Shown one piece after another: positions 1 to 9,968 of a DNA stretch of 19,396 nucleotides (position 1 is its first letter; each line of letters opens with the position of its first letter). Source of the stretch: Ginkgo biloba (Eukaryota; Plantae; Ginkgophyta); assembly GCA_024626585.2 (NCBI GenBank), contig JANKJI020000004.1, positions 64,980,599 through 64,999,994 of the forward strand. Direction: 5' to 3'. The position numbers and the translations under genes were made by a program. A model generated the notes under the pieces. That model was given only the letters and a program-made list of their open reading frames with translations. It did not search any database and was not told the origin of the DNA.

Positions 1-481
1 TTTTCAAAACACCTTGGATGTGTGCGGGGCTCTTTACACTTCCTTGAGGGGAATTTAGGGTTCTTAATGAGGTTTCAGGTTGGTTTCTTCTTTGCGTCTT
101 CTTCTGAGGTTTATTTTCTCCTTGATGCGCTGGGTCAAAAATAAACCTCCCCAATTTATTCCTTGGGTGATTGCTCATTTAGGTGTTTATGATTATGCAT
201 AAGGCATCAATTTTATTTCTGAAAAAAAACCACTGCCAACCTGATCCAACATAGGGATCGCTTGATTTAGAGACACCTAACTTCTTAAAAAGAGGATTCA
301 CTCACCGATTTCTTCAAGCCAATATCCTAAATCTCTATTCTTTTGAGGCTTTCCTATTTCTTCTTTCATAATGTCCCAACCTCGTTCTTTCTTGGTTATA
401 AAATTATCAGATCTTCCCTTTCATTTCCTCTGCAACCTAGCACATATGGTGTCTTTAGATCAATCTTGATGTCTTCACCAC

Positions 482-1430
482 TCCCCAAAAGTGGCACCAA
501 AATGGTTGGGTGTTTCCATAATCTACCATTAAATTATCATTATAGGGTTCATAAACTTTCTATGATGAAGGAGGTAGGAAACCTACTCGACCAATCATTT
601 CAGAAGACATAATTTGTGCTTAACTTTTATTTCTAAAATGAACACAATTGAATCTCTATTTCTAGAAATGAAATGAAAGGGACTGCAAAGCTACAAAATT
701 ATCACATTGAACTATGAAAAGCTTTATGAAAAGAGAAACAACACAGGGCCTAAATCTAAGGGCGCAGCTGGGAGTTGCTAGTATTCACAGGGGCCCTTCT
801 GGGAATACTTAGCAACTTCGCACTTAAGGTGTCTCCAGAAACTGTCCAACCTTTGTTATTGATAAAATCAAGCATTTATACAACATTACATCAGAACTAC
901 TCATAATGGGTTAGAACAGTCAGTTAGAAAAACTGTCTACCCGTTTACAACTGTCTTGCCAACTGAAAATCCGAAACTGGAGATACCAGTCTTTCGGCGA
1001 CTGGTATGTACATTGTAATACAGACTGGAGATACCAGTCTTTCAGCGACTGGTATATATACAATAACATAGAAATTGGAAATAGCAATCTGTTAGGGACT
1101 GGGAAGTACAATGTCACACAGAACTGGGAATACCAGTCCTTCAGAGACTGGAAAGTACAAAGTAATACAAAACTAAAGATATCAGTCTCCGAAGGCCGAC
1201 AATTACAAAATGATGTTATACAAGGGATACCAGTCCTTCTACGACTGGTAGATAACTTCCAATCACCCAAGGACTAGTAGCCGACTTACATAAAAGCATA
1301 GAAAACATGACAGGGTTTATGGGAATTAGGGCTCAAGGTTCTGGGCTCACACAGTTTACTCTCACAATGACAACCTTCAGCGCTTCACTTCTCCAAGGTA
1401 CGCTCTCTATTTATGATGATGAGATTTCCA
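482..1430 (-). mobile_element. Candidate LTR-retrotransposon LTR region (gypsy, non-chromovirus type) with degenerate tRNA-Asp-like PBS
   Basis: Reverse complement of 482-499 (tggtgccacttttgggga) matches the tRNA-Asp PBS TGGCGCCGTTGCCGGGGA at 12/18, with mostly transition differences, next to an LTR-end-like TG at 503. TATA-like ataaatagagag on the minus strand at about 1403-1414. Boundaries are uncertain and nested fragments are possible. Confidence 0.4.
976..1280. repeat. Tandem minisatellite, period 48-50 bp, 6 units plus a partial; each unit has an ATACCAGTC-N7-GACTGGTA(T) hairpin core
   Basis: Core starts at 983, 1031, 1081, 1130, 1179 and 1227, with a degenerate partial at about 1257. 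Units 1, 2 and 6 have perfect 8-9 bp stems. Confidence 0.9.
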
Positions 1431-1439
1431 CTCATCAGT

Positions 1440-1960
1440 TTGTCATCTGTTTTTGGGCTATGTTATTTACGAACAAGGTGAGGTGTTCGATGGGGTTATG
1501 GTAACCTTTGGTAAACAAATGGGACAACAAATTATTGATGGCGATATAAATTGGGGTGGGTCCTATGTTACCTCCACTTTGACAATTCTAATACCCTCCA
1601 CTTGAAATATTGCCTGGCCATTGTAATTGTTGTTGTTATTTCCACATCCATTGTTGATGTTATTGTCCCCCTATTAATGTTACCATCATCGTTGTTGAAA
1701 TTATTTCCACTGTTGTTGAAATTACCATTACCACTAATTTTGCGATTGGGTTGCACGTTACTACTGAAGTTTGCATGGTGGAATGGTGCACTGTTATTGT
1801 TTGCAACTGCTCTACTAATCCTGTGTTCAAAGTACTCAGTCCGAGATGGCTAAAACTAGTTGCATTGATTGTATGACTCAACATGTTAGGTATAGTTGTA
1901 TTGGTTTGTCCTCTATGGATATTTTATTGAAATCCTTCTTGGTTATGGACTTCGGGTAGC
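1440..1960 (-). mobile_element. Possible decayed gag-type, Asn/Gly-rich low-complexity coding remnant
   Basis: Minus-strand translation GNGNFNNSGNNFNNDDGNINRG; (AAC/AAT)-rich. Such linkers are common in plant gypsy gag, but no diagnostic motif was seen. Confidence 0.3.
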
Positions 1961-2928
1961 ATTCCCATGTGACTATAAAAAGCAAAAATCAAGACGAAAG
2001 AAAAGATAAGGACAGACATCCCATATAAATAGACGAATGACTCAGACAGAGAACGACACAACCATAAAGAAGGAAGCTGAAATCTTTGTGCAGACAATAA
2101 GAGAAGTAGAACTAACGAAGTGTGAGAGAGTTTTTAACGATTGAAATCCTCCACACTTGGATTGGATACGTCATTATCGTGTACAACTCTTGAGTTTCAT
2201 CTCATGAATAGAGCCAAAGACATGATTTTCTGTACACTCTTGTTGCAAACAGTTTCCAATAATATTTTGGAGTTTTCTTCCCCATGAGGGTTTTNNNNNN
2301 NNNNNNNNNNNNNNNNNNNNNNNNNNNNNNNNGTGTTTCCAATTTCTTTCTTTGAATTTTTTAGATTCAAATATGTTGGGACTACATGCACGTTCATACA
2401 CAAAATTTTAATTATTTTTATGCAATTCATCTAAGAAACAAGAATCCGTAATTATTGACATTGGGAGATTTTGACTCACTCACTGAAATACAGATCATTT
2501 TCTCTAGACTAGTTGGTCTCTTTTGAGCTAAGATTGCTCGAATGGTCTTCTATAATCACATATGGTGGTTGTTGGGTCGTCCACAACTTCTTAATGGATT
2601 CTATTCATATGTTGAAAGCTAGGGGGTATCCCTTGCTTTAGCGTTGACGTTAGGGCTTTATTATTCACTTAATGCCATTATTACTTTGGCCTGGTCTTTA
2701 CTTTCACTCTAGGTTGGACGTTCGATAGATGTACTAGGTTGCTACACTTGTTAGGTTAACAAATGGCATGTTCCACACCTTGTATCACTTGGCCGAATGG
2801 CCTAGGATTCTCCTCAAGCATACCCTGAAACACTACCTCCTGTTTGATTTGATTGTCTCTGGACATATTGGCCAAATGGCTTTTTCAAGAGAAACCTATT
2901 TCACTAGCCCATAGTTGCAAAAATGTGG

Positions 2929-3471
2929 GCTCTGATACCATTGTTACGATCCTAACTTAGTAATTTAGAGAAAAGATAGATAGTCTTCTCTATAATGCGA
3001 AATATCACCTCATCTTAGTAAAATGGATAGAAAGGATACATTAAGATAGGTCTAGTTCAAGAAAATATTAAAACACATAATCTGGCACCTTGACAATAGA
3101 GAATTGGATTTATGCAATCCTTATTCTCAAACAATCCTTCCATACACTTCACACCTTTTGAATAAGCCTTAGGAAATGAGGAATGAGAGAAGATGGGAAA
3201 CAGGTAGAGGAGAAACAATGAATTGCCCATGCACATGTCCCAAGAGATTCGTAGAGGGAATCACCCTCCAAATACCCACACAGAGGGCAACCTCAAGTAT
3301 GCTCTGAGAAGGATGGTCCAAAGAACTTAATCCTTCATAAAAATCCCTATTGTAGCATACCCCCCTTTGAAGAGAAGGCAAGATTTATAAACATAGACCA
3401 ATTATCAATAGTGTCTCCAATTAGGAACAATTTCCATTTAACAGTCAACAACAAGATGTAGGATCGTAAAT
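2929..3471 (-). mobile_element. 5' LTR (~530 bp) with perfect tRNA-Met PBS of a truncated LTR retrotransposon, minus strand
   Basis: gctctgatacca at 2929-2940 is the reverse complement of TGGTATCAGAGC. The LTR boundary tgttacgatccta (2942-2954) is an inverted repeat of taggatcgtaa(at) at 3459-3471. TATA-like ttataa near 3385. Confidence 0.8.
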
Positions 3472-5705
3472 ATTTGGATTTGGTCACCTATCTACCTCAG
3501 TTAACTACTTCAAACTTATTTGAATTCAAATTTCAATTTTTCTAGTAGTTCCTACTCTGTCTTAGTTGAAATTAGGAAAATTGTATGTTGGTAGCTTAGT
3601 TGGTAGTCACTTTGATTTTCCATTTGGCGGTCATTGTTATTTTTCAGTTGGCGATTGCTTCAATCTCCTAGACATCGATTGTTGCAACTTTTGGGTTATC
3701 TATTGCTTTATCTTTCTATTTATCCATCATTCCACCTTTCAAGTTGTTAGTTGCTTTGCTTGTCTTGTTATCTGTTGCCCCACCTTTCCAGTTATTGGTT
3801 GTTAGCTAGTTTGAACGGAATGACTAAATACAACACAATAACAACAAAGATTTCTAGTGCCAATTGTTGAAATTCGATCATCAAAGAACTCGTACTGATA
3901 TCCAAATAACAAATNNNNNNNNNNNNNNNNNNNNNNNNNNNNNNNNNNNNNNNNNNNNNNNNNNNNNNNNNNNNNNNNNNNNNNNNNNNNNNNNNNNAAA
4001 AATTCTATTTTTGGAAATCTGTTCTTAGAAAGTCTATTTTGGAAAAAATTATTTTTTCAGGAAAATGTCAGTGAGCATGCCTACTTGAATTGGACACATG
4101 CAGAATTCCAATTTCAGGTGCCGATAGTTGCATGCAAAAGCATGCAAGCACATGCATAAGCATGCATGCCAATTAAGGAGGTCAAACCATTGGGCACATG
4201 CAAAACTGCGAGTTGGAACACCAGAAGTTCAGTTCANNNNNNNNNNNNNNNNNNNNNNNNNNNNNNNNNNNNNNNNNNNNNNNNNNNNNNNNNNNNNNNN
4301 NNNNNNNNNNNNNNNNNNNNNNNNNNNNNNNNNNNNGTAAAGAAATGGCAGCACTCAAGTGTGTTATTATTGTTTCTATTGTAAAAATCAATTTGAGCAA
4401 CTGGAAGAAACAGGCTGATTGAAGCTTGGAATCAAACTTCCTAGCACAACACACATTTTCAATCTGAAGATCCTGACTCCCAATTGGTGAAGAGAGCAGT
4501 ATCCTTGGTATTCTAGGGCCACATTCGCCTCAAAATACTGGAGCATTGCATACTAAAATTGATCACAATTTGTACCTGTGGATTAATTTTCTAAGTTTTT
4601 TTTTTTTATCTAATCCAGTTACTCTTGTGAAACAAGTTTGATAGCAACTTCAAAAACAGTAAAATAAAATTTGATCTGTCTTCAAATGTGTGACTTGTGC
4701 ATCAACCCATGACGAGTTTACCGACTTCCAAAGCACTCTCACCTGATGAGTAAATGCTGTAGGCTTCAAATTCTTGGATCATTCATATCTGTAAACTAGA
4801 CCACCAGTTTGATCAACATCAGAGCAAGGTGATTCTAAAGAAAGCTGTAATATCGTCATCTCCAAAAAGGAATGTTTGTAGGATGTTAAGCTTGGTGAAG
4901 TTTTCAGTATATCTTGAGACTGGTATCTGTTAAGTTCGAGGATAGAAAAGATCTAATGTGGCCCAAAGTTGGTAGGAAAATTACATACATGTGGTAGATT
5001 AGGAAAGGGGCAAACAAATTCCTACTTAACAATGTGTAAAATGAGGAGGGGATCTTGAATCTGACAAAATCACTAACGGTGAATTTGTCAGCTAGTGCTA
5101 TGAATTTGGTGCTACCCATGTGATAGTGTTGTAATGTACAAGAGTGTACCAGATGGGGTGAGTTGCACAGGCTCCTTAAGTGGAACTACGGGATGAACTC
5201 ACGACTTAGAGAGGTCAAACACGCCATAAAACAATATAACAATTAAGTGTAACACGCATGAAGAATTCACTGCATTCTCTACGCCTGAAACAAATAGTAA
5301 ACAGGTACCTTAGTCTTTCTGTGCCTTGTGAATGGTAATAACATCAACGCTATGTGTAATAAATTTCCTTTTGTGAATGTGAAATTCTTACTTCCTGCTT
5401 TAATCTTAATATTTTTTAGATGAACTTTTGCCATGCATATTTTTAATGCTTCTGGAAGATTATTTATTGATGTAAAATTAATTGTAATTGCTCATTCGCT
5501 TTCAATTTTTATTTCCGGCAAGCAGGTTGGCGCTAACCAACATTTTGGTGGTGTTGTTACATTGGCTTGTCATTTGTGATGTGAAAGCCTTAATCTTTTT
5601 GAATTTTTATGTCGAAGTTTGTTCTTATTGTACTTGATTCTTGTGTGTCTCATCTGAATTTCGTTTTTTTGAAGGTTAACAATTTTATGTCAATGCTTTT
5701 AACAG

Positions 5706-5832
5706 GTTTGATGTGTGAATTACTTTGGAGTGATCCACAGCCTCGTCNNNNNNNNNNNNNNNNNNNNACGAGGTGTAGGTCTTTCCTTTGGAGAGGATGT
5801 AACCAAGAGGTTTCTCCAGGAAAATAATCTTG
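5706..5832 (+). CDS. PP5: Ser/Thr protein phosphatase 5, internal coding exon (catalytic PPP domain; phase 1 at both ends; contains a 20-N gap)
   Basis: Acceptor ttttaacAG ends at 5705. Translation is (G)[13 protein letters not shown]..[N]..[21 protein letters not shown]; donor GTaattt at 5833. LLWSDP and SKRGVG-like motifs match plant PP5 as I recall it ([42 protein letters not shown]). Confidence 0.95.
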
Positions 5833-5952
5833 GTAATTTTCCTTTTAAATGCATCCATATGTCCTGCTCACAGCTTTGAACCCTACATTGGAGACTTCTG
5901 GAGTGGTGATTTCTTGGGCAGCTATTTAACATAAATATTGGCATTTTAACAG
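5833..5952 (+). other. 120-nt GT-AG intron of PP5
   Basis: GTaattt...ttttaacAG; splicing restores the G|AG Glu codon in frame. Confidence 0.93.
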
Positions 5953-6053
5953 AGCTCGTGGTTAGGTCCCATGAGGTAAAGGATGAAGGCTATGAGATTG
6001 AACATGATGGTAAACTTATCACTGTTTTCTCAGCTCCAAATTACTGTGACCAG
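5953..6053 (+). CDS. PP5: Ser/Thr protein phosphatase 5, internal coding exon with RSHE and SAPNYC motifs
   Basis: Acceptor ttttaacAG ends at 5952. Translation is (E)[33 protein letters not shown]; donor GTaattt at 6054. RxHE and SAPNYC are PPP-family hallmarks. Confidence 0.97.
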
Positions 6054-7230
6054 GTAATTTGTGTCTTCATGAGATGATTTCTGGATTTGTTGATTGGTGT
6101 TGATGATCAAAAGTTTGAATTTTACAAGAGAGGATTGGCTAGAAAATTTCAACCTAATGACAAGATTCACAGAAATAATTAAAAATAAGGAATTTGATTT
6201 TTTCTATAGCACTGACTTTATGACTTCTTTGCTTATAGTCTTTTACAATAAATAAGTGGATAAACATTTATGTTGATAGATTATAATTCCTTTTATAATG
6301 TTATTTTTACTTTTACGTCATTGTGAGTAGTTGTAGTGCTTATGAGTGCTTTGTCACATGTGCATTACAATTATAATTAAGGCAATTCTGTTTGACAACA
6401 TGGAAGACAAGTACATACTTAGGACATTCGAAGAGTAAATGTTTTCCCGCAACTGCCATGTTAGTTCACACTATGATTTAGGCCAAAAATTGGGCTTAAG
6501 ATCTGACCACCAACAAGGGTGGTTTGACTCTAGCCTAGGATTCAAAATCTCTTGAAAATTGGAAAACAATGGTATTCCAAGCACCCACATCAATGTTGGT
6601 GGCACAATCAATCAATGCAAACATTTGACAAATAAAAGAATGAAGATCAATATATAAAATTTTCACAGTTGCTAGAATACAACCACGAAAATTTCTTGTT
6701 TTGAGCCTTAACATTACTACCCAAGCCACCCAAGGATAAAAACGAAATTTAGATTACTCAATGAAAAATCCATCATTTGCAACCATTATTTGTTCATTTA
6801 TTTCATTGGTTTGCTCAATATGGTCACCTTTGGAGTGCATGCTATTATTGCACTAAGTTGGTTGCATGCCAATTTCTACACTTTCCTTGATGTTTGGTGA
6901 AAAATGGGTGCTCTATTCTTCATCTTGTGGTGATGCCATACCTCTCTCCTCATGATAGATTGCTGAAATTTTAGACTTATTACCATCTACAATGTCACTT
7001 TCTTCATCATCTAGCTTGCTATTTTGAATTTCAGTATGCATGACATTACTTTGAGTGTATTTTTCTTAACTTTTTGTTTCAATTTTTCATTGAACGTGAT
7101 CACAACTGAGTTGTCTTCCATGTCTTCATGNNNNNNNNNNNNNNNNNNNNNNNNNNNNNNNNNNNNNNNNNNNNNNNNNNNNNNNNNNNNNNNNNNNNNN
7201 NNNNNNNNNNNNNNNNNNNNNNNNNNNNNN

Positions 7231-7301
7231 CTTTGATACTCCCTTTTGAAAAGAACTGTCCACTGTGCAAACTTTGATACTCCCTTTCCAAAAGAACTGT
7301 C
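7231..7301. repeat. 30-bp direct repeat, two copies, period 41
   Basis: ctttgatactcccttttgaaaagaactgtc (7231-7260) versus ctttgatactccctttccaaaagaactgtc (7272-7301); 28/30 identical. Confidence 0.85.
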
Positions 7302-7769
7302 TGTAACAACCTCTGCATTTGGAAGTGCATCCTTCAAAGTTCGTATGGTGTCGCTGCATTTTCTACTCACCCATTATTGATTGGTTAACCACTCTAATGT
7401 GGCTTAATTCGATTATTATGCATTGAGATGAAATATTAGCTACAACACAAAGAAGGGTTGTTGCATTATACAAATCATAATACTTAGTTGGCTGAAATGT
7501 TTTAAGATGAGGAAACTATGGTGTGAAACACATTCACAATTTGTTTGATGCATTAAGACATTCCTTCTTAGTTCAAACATGAAAATGAAGTGAATAAGTT
7601 GTCTTCACACAAAATATATACACATTATGGTGAAGAAGTTTCAAATGAATTATGTGCCAGTGTTTATGTGTATGTATACAATTCTCCTATGTATGACTCT
7701 TCCCATAGATGTGAGGATATTATTCACATCCAAAACTAATGTCAAACTCATTTAGCTGATCAAAGTGCT

Positions 7770-7976
7770 TGTTATTAACTAATCAACGAATTAGTTAATA
7801 GGCGAGTGGTCACCAATAGGGCGAAAGGAACCTCAAGGACTTCTAGATAGGAAACCAAATATCTATGTAAGCCTCTTATCATCTCATATATCAATACAAT
7901 ATATAGTCCTTAATCAATTATGGGGATTTGCCTTCTTGAAGTAGTTGTGTACGGTTTAACATGTGGGTTCTTTCCA
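7770..7976 (+). repeat. 5' LTR (~207 bp)
   Basis: Shares blocks tggtcaccaataggg, ataggaaaccaaatatctatgtaagc, tcttatcatctca and tgtgggttctt with 9779-9968; followed by the PBS. Confidence 0.9.
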
Positions 7977-7978
7977 TG

Positions 7979-7990
7979 TGGTATTAGAGC
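7979..7990 (+). promoter_or_regulatory. Primer-binding site complementary to initiator tRNA-Met
   Basis: tggtattagagc matches the canonical TGGTATCAGAGC at 11/12, 2 nt after the LTR-terminal CA. Confidence 0.85.
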
Positions 7991-8586
7991 CAAATTGTTT
8001 CTACCAATTACGCCTTTGACTTACCTTGTCAGCTGCTTTTCAATGCATTTGTTGCATTACACCCTCCAACCTCTAATTGTAGGGCATCCATTATCATTTT
8101 CCTTTCATAATTATCACCTTTGTTTCCCACCCACATTCAATTGCTCATCTTTGTCATGTGAGTAAGGGTGGGACATGGTAGGAAGGACACACCCCAAAAC
8201 AAATAAATATTAAACCTTATATTGATGATGAATGCCAAAGAACCCTTGTTTTGAATCAACGAAATCATGCCCTTAATTTTTGCGTAGCAAAATGGGGGAC
8301 ATTGATTAGATTTAATGGAGATTAATAAGACATTAACGGAATTAAAAGGAGATATGACCAACTTACAAGGAGAATTAAAAACCCTTGAGAAAAGGGTCAA
8401 CATTCCTATGCCAACAAAACTAAAAGGAAATCCCTTAGGAAATGATGATCAAACAAACTTTGACCCCTCTCAAGTTAATAATTCATNNNNNNNNNNNNNN
8501 NNNNNNNNNNNNNNNNNNNNNNNNNNNNNNNNNNNNNNNNNNNNNNNNNNNNNNNNNNNNNNNNNNNNNNNNNNNNNNNNNNNNNN

Positions 8587-9683
8587 ATTGGAGAGGCATG
8601 GAAAAGAGAAAAATCAACAATATGTGGCTGAATGCGACACATTCCAGAGACCAAAATTGAGCATGTAGCATCGCCAGGATTACTGAAGCCTTTATATGTT
8701 ATAGAACAGAAAGATAAATATATTTCTATGGATTTCATAACAAGATTGTCCAAATTGGAAGGGAATGACTGTATTTTTGTGGTCATAGATTCACAAAGTG
8801 CGCCCATTTCATTGTGATACCAGTGACACTGAAAGCAAACCAAGTAGCAAAGTATCATGAAACATGTCTACAGGTTACATGGCTTTCCAAAGGTAATAGT
8901 TAGTGACTGAGATCTGAAAGTTACAAGTAATATCTGGAAAGAATGATTCTGACAGATAGGTACTTCTCTCACAATGAGCAGAGCATATCATCCCCAAACT
9001 GATGGACTGACTGAAGTAGTAGACGAATGTTTAGAAGGTTTTCTACGAAGTTTTGTTATGGATAAACAGGGATAATGGAATAAATGGTTACATCTTGCAG
9101 AATGGTTGTAAAATATGACTTATCACACTTCAACCAATATGGCACCATTCATAGCCCTTTATGGTTACGAGCCACTGGAAATTAAAGATTATGCGGCATC
9201 CTAGGTGAAAGTTTCAGCAGTGAAAGATAACATAGAGATAAAAAAAATCATGCAGTTGTTGAAGTGAGCACTTGTCTAATGCACAAAATTGGATGAAACA
9301 ACAATCAGACCAACATTGCTCAGAAAGGGAGTTTCNNNNNNNNNNNNNNNNNNNNNNNNNNNNNNNNNNNNNNNNNNNNNNNNNNNNNNNNNNNNNNNNN
9401 NNNNNNNNNNNNNNNNNNNNCCAATATGAGAGTAAGGGAGGCGGCATATGCTCCCCATCTGCTGAACAAAATATGGTTACATGATGTATTCTGAGTTTCT
9501 TGTTAAAAGAAAGTTGGTGAACAAAGAAAGAAAGAAAAAAAAATGCTATTCCAAGTAGAAGTAGCAATAATTGACGAAGAAAGAAAAATGGTACTTGAAC
9601 CTGAAGCCGTTTTGAATGAACAAACAAAAAATCTGCAATTGAAACAAATTATTGGATACCTGATTTACTGAAAGAATCTTCTT
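8587..9683 (+). pseudogene. Gypsy integrase (Zn finger end, DDE core) plus C-terminal chromodomain; many stops and frameshifts
   Basis: Fragments read in shifting frames: [104 protein letters not shown], and chromodomain-like VLEPEAVL..GYLIY*KNL. Confidence 0.92.
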
Positions 9684-9778
9684 NNNNNNNNNNNNNNNNN
9701 NNNNNNNNNNNACAATTCAAACGTGGAATCCTACTTCACCAATGCTTTTTGGGAAAAGCATTTTAAGAGAGGGGGACT

Positions 9779-9968
9779 TATTATGTACTTAATTAACGAA
9801 TTAATTAATATGTGACTGGTCACCAATAGGGTTAATGGACACCTTAGATACTCATAAATAGGAAACCAAATATCTATGTAAGCATCTTATCATCTCACAC
9901 ATCAATTCAATTGTGGAGACCGGTGCTTTTCAAAGCAGCTGTACAGTTTTACGTGTGGGTTCTTGCCA
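9779..9968 (+). repeat. 3' LTR (~190 bp), preceded by a polypurine tract
   Basis: Homologous to 7770-7976, with an ~18-nt deletion. Starts TA (mutated TG), ends CA; PPT at 9765-9776. Confidence 0.9.

Larger units (their letters stand above)
7770..9968 (+). mobile_element. Degenerate Ty3/gypsy chromovirus LTR retrotransposon (short LTRs, possibly Reina-like), sense to PP5
   Basis: 5' LTR 7770-7976 (TG..CA); PBS tggtattagagc 7979-7990; integrase and chromodomain remnants; PPT aagagaggggga 9765-9776; 3' LTR 9779-9968; flanks gtgct (7765-7769) and gtgcc (9969-9973). Confidence 0.92.

Noticed and set aside
920-1270. 116-aa minus-strand ORF with repeated YQSLKDWYLQ
   Set aside because: It is just the translation of the 48-bp tandem repeat; no independent evidence of coding.
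976-1280. CRISPR array
   Set aside because: The linkers are homologous to one another and short, the repeats are degenerate, there are no cas genes, and the context is an intron-containing eukaryotic locus.
1551-1853. Hydrophobic Leu/Val-rich 100-aa ORF resembling a membrane protein
   Set aside because: Antisense shadow of an AAC/AAT-rich low-complexity tract.
1960-2180. TATA box (tataaatag, about 2026) as a host promoter
   Set aside because: Sits amid TE fragments with no associated gene start; more likely an LTR fragment with undefined boundaries.
4743-4775. Hammerhead core or C/D snoRNA box at ctgatgag
   Set aside because: No downstream GAAA with stem II, and no suitably placed D box with a terminal stem.
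4904-5119. LINE RT-like fragment on the minus strand (LIYHMYVIFLP)
   Set aside because: Only vague resemblance to the L1 LPIYxMS motif; too weak to call without a search.
5609-5705. ATG at 5609 as start of the PP5 ORF (ORF track)
   Set aside because: The upstream part is T-rich intron sequence; PP5 similarity begins only after the AG at 5705.
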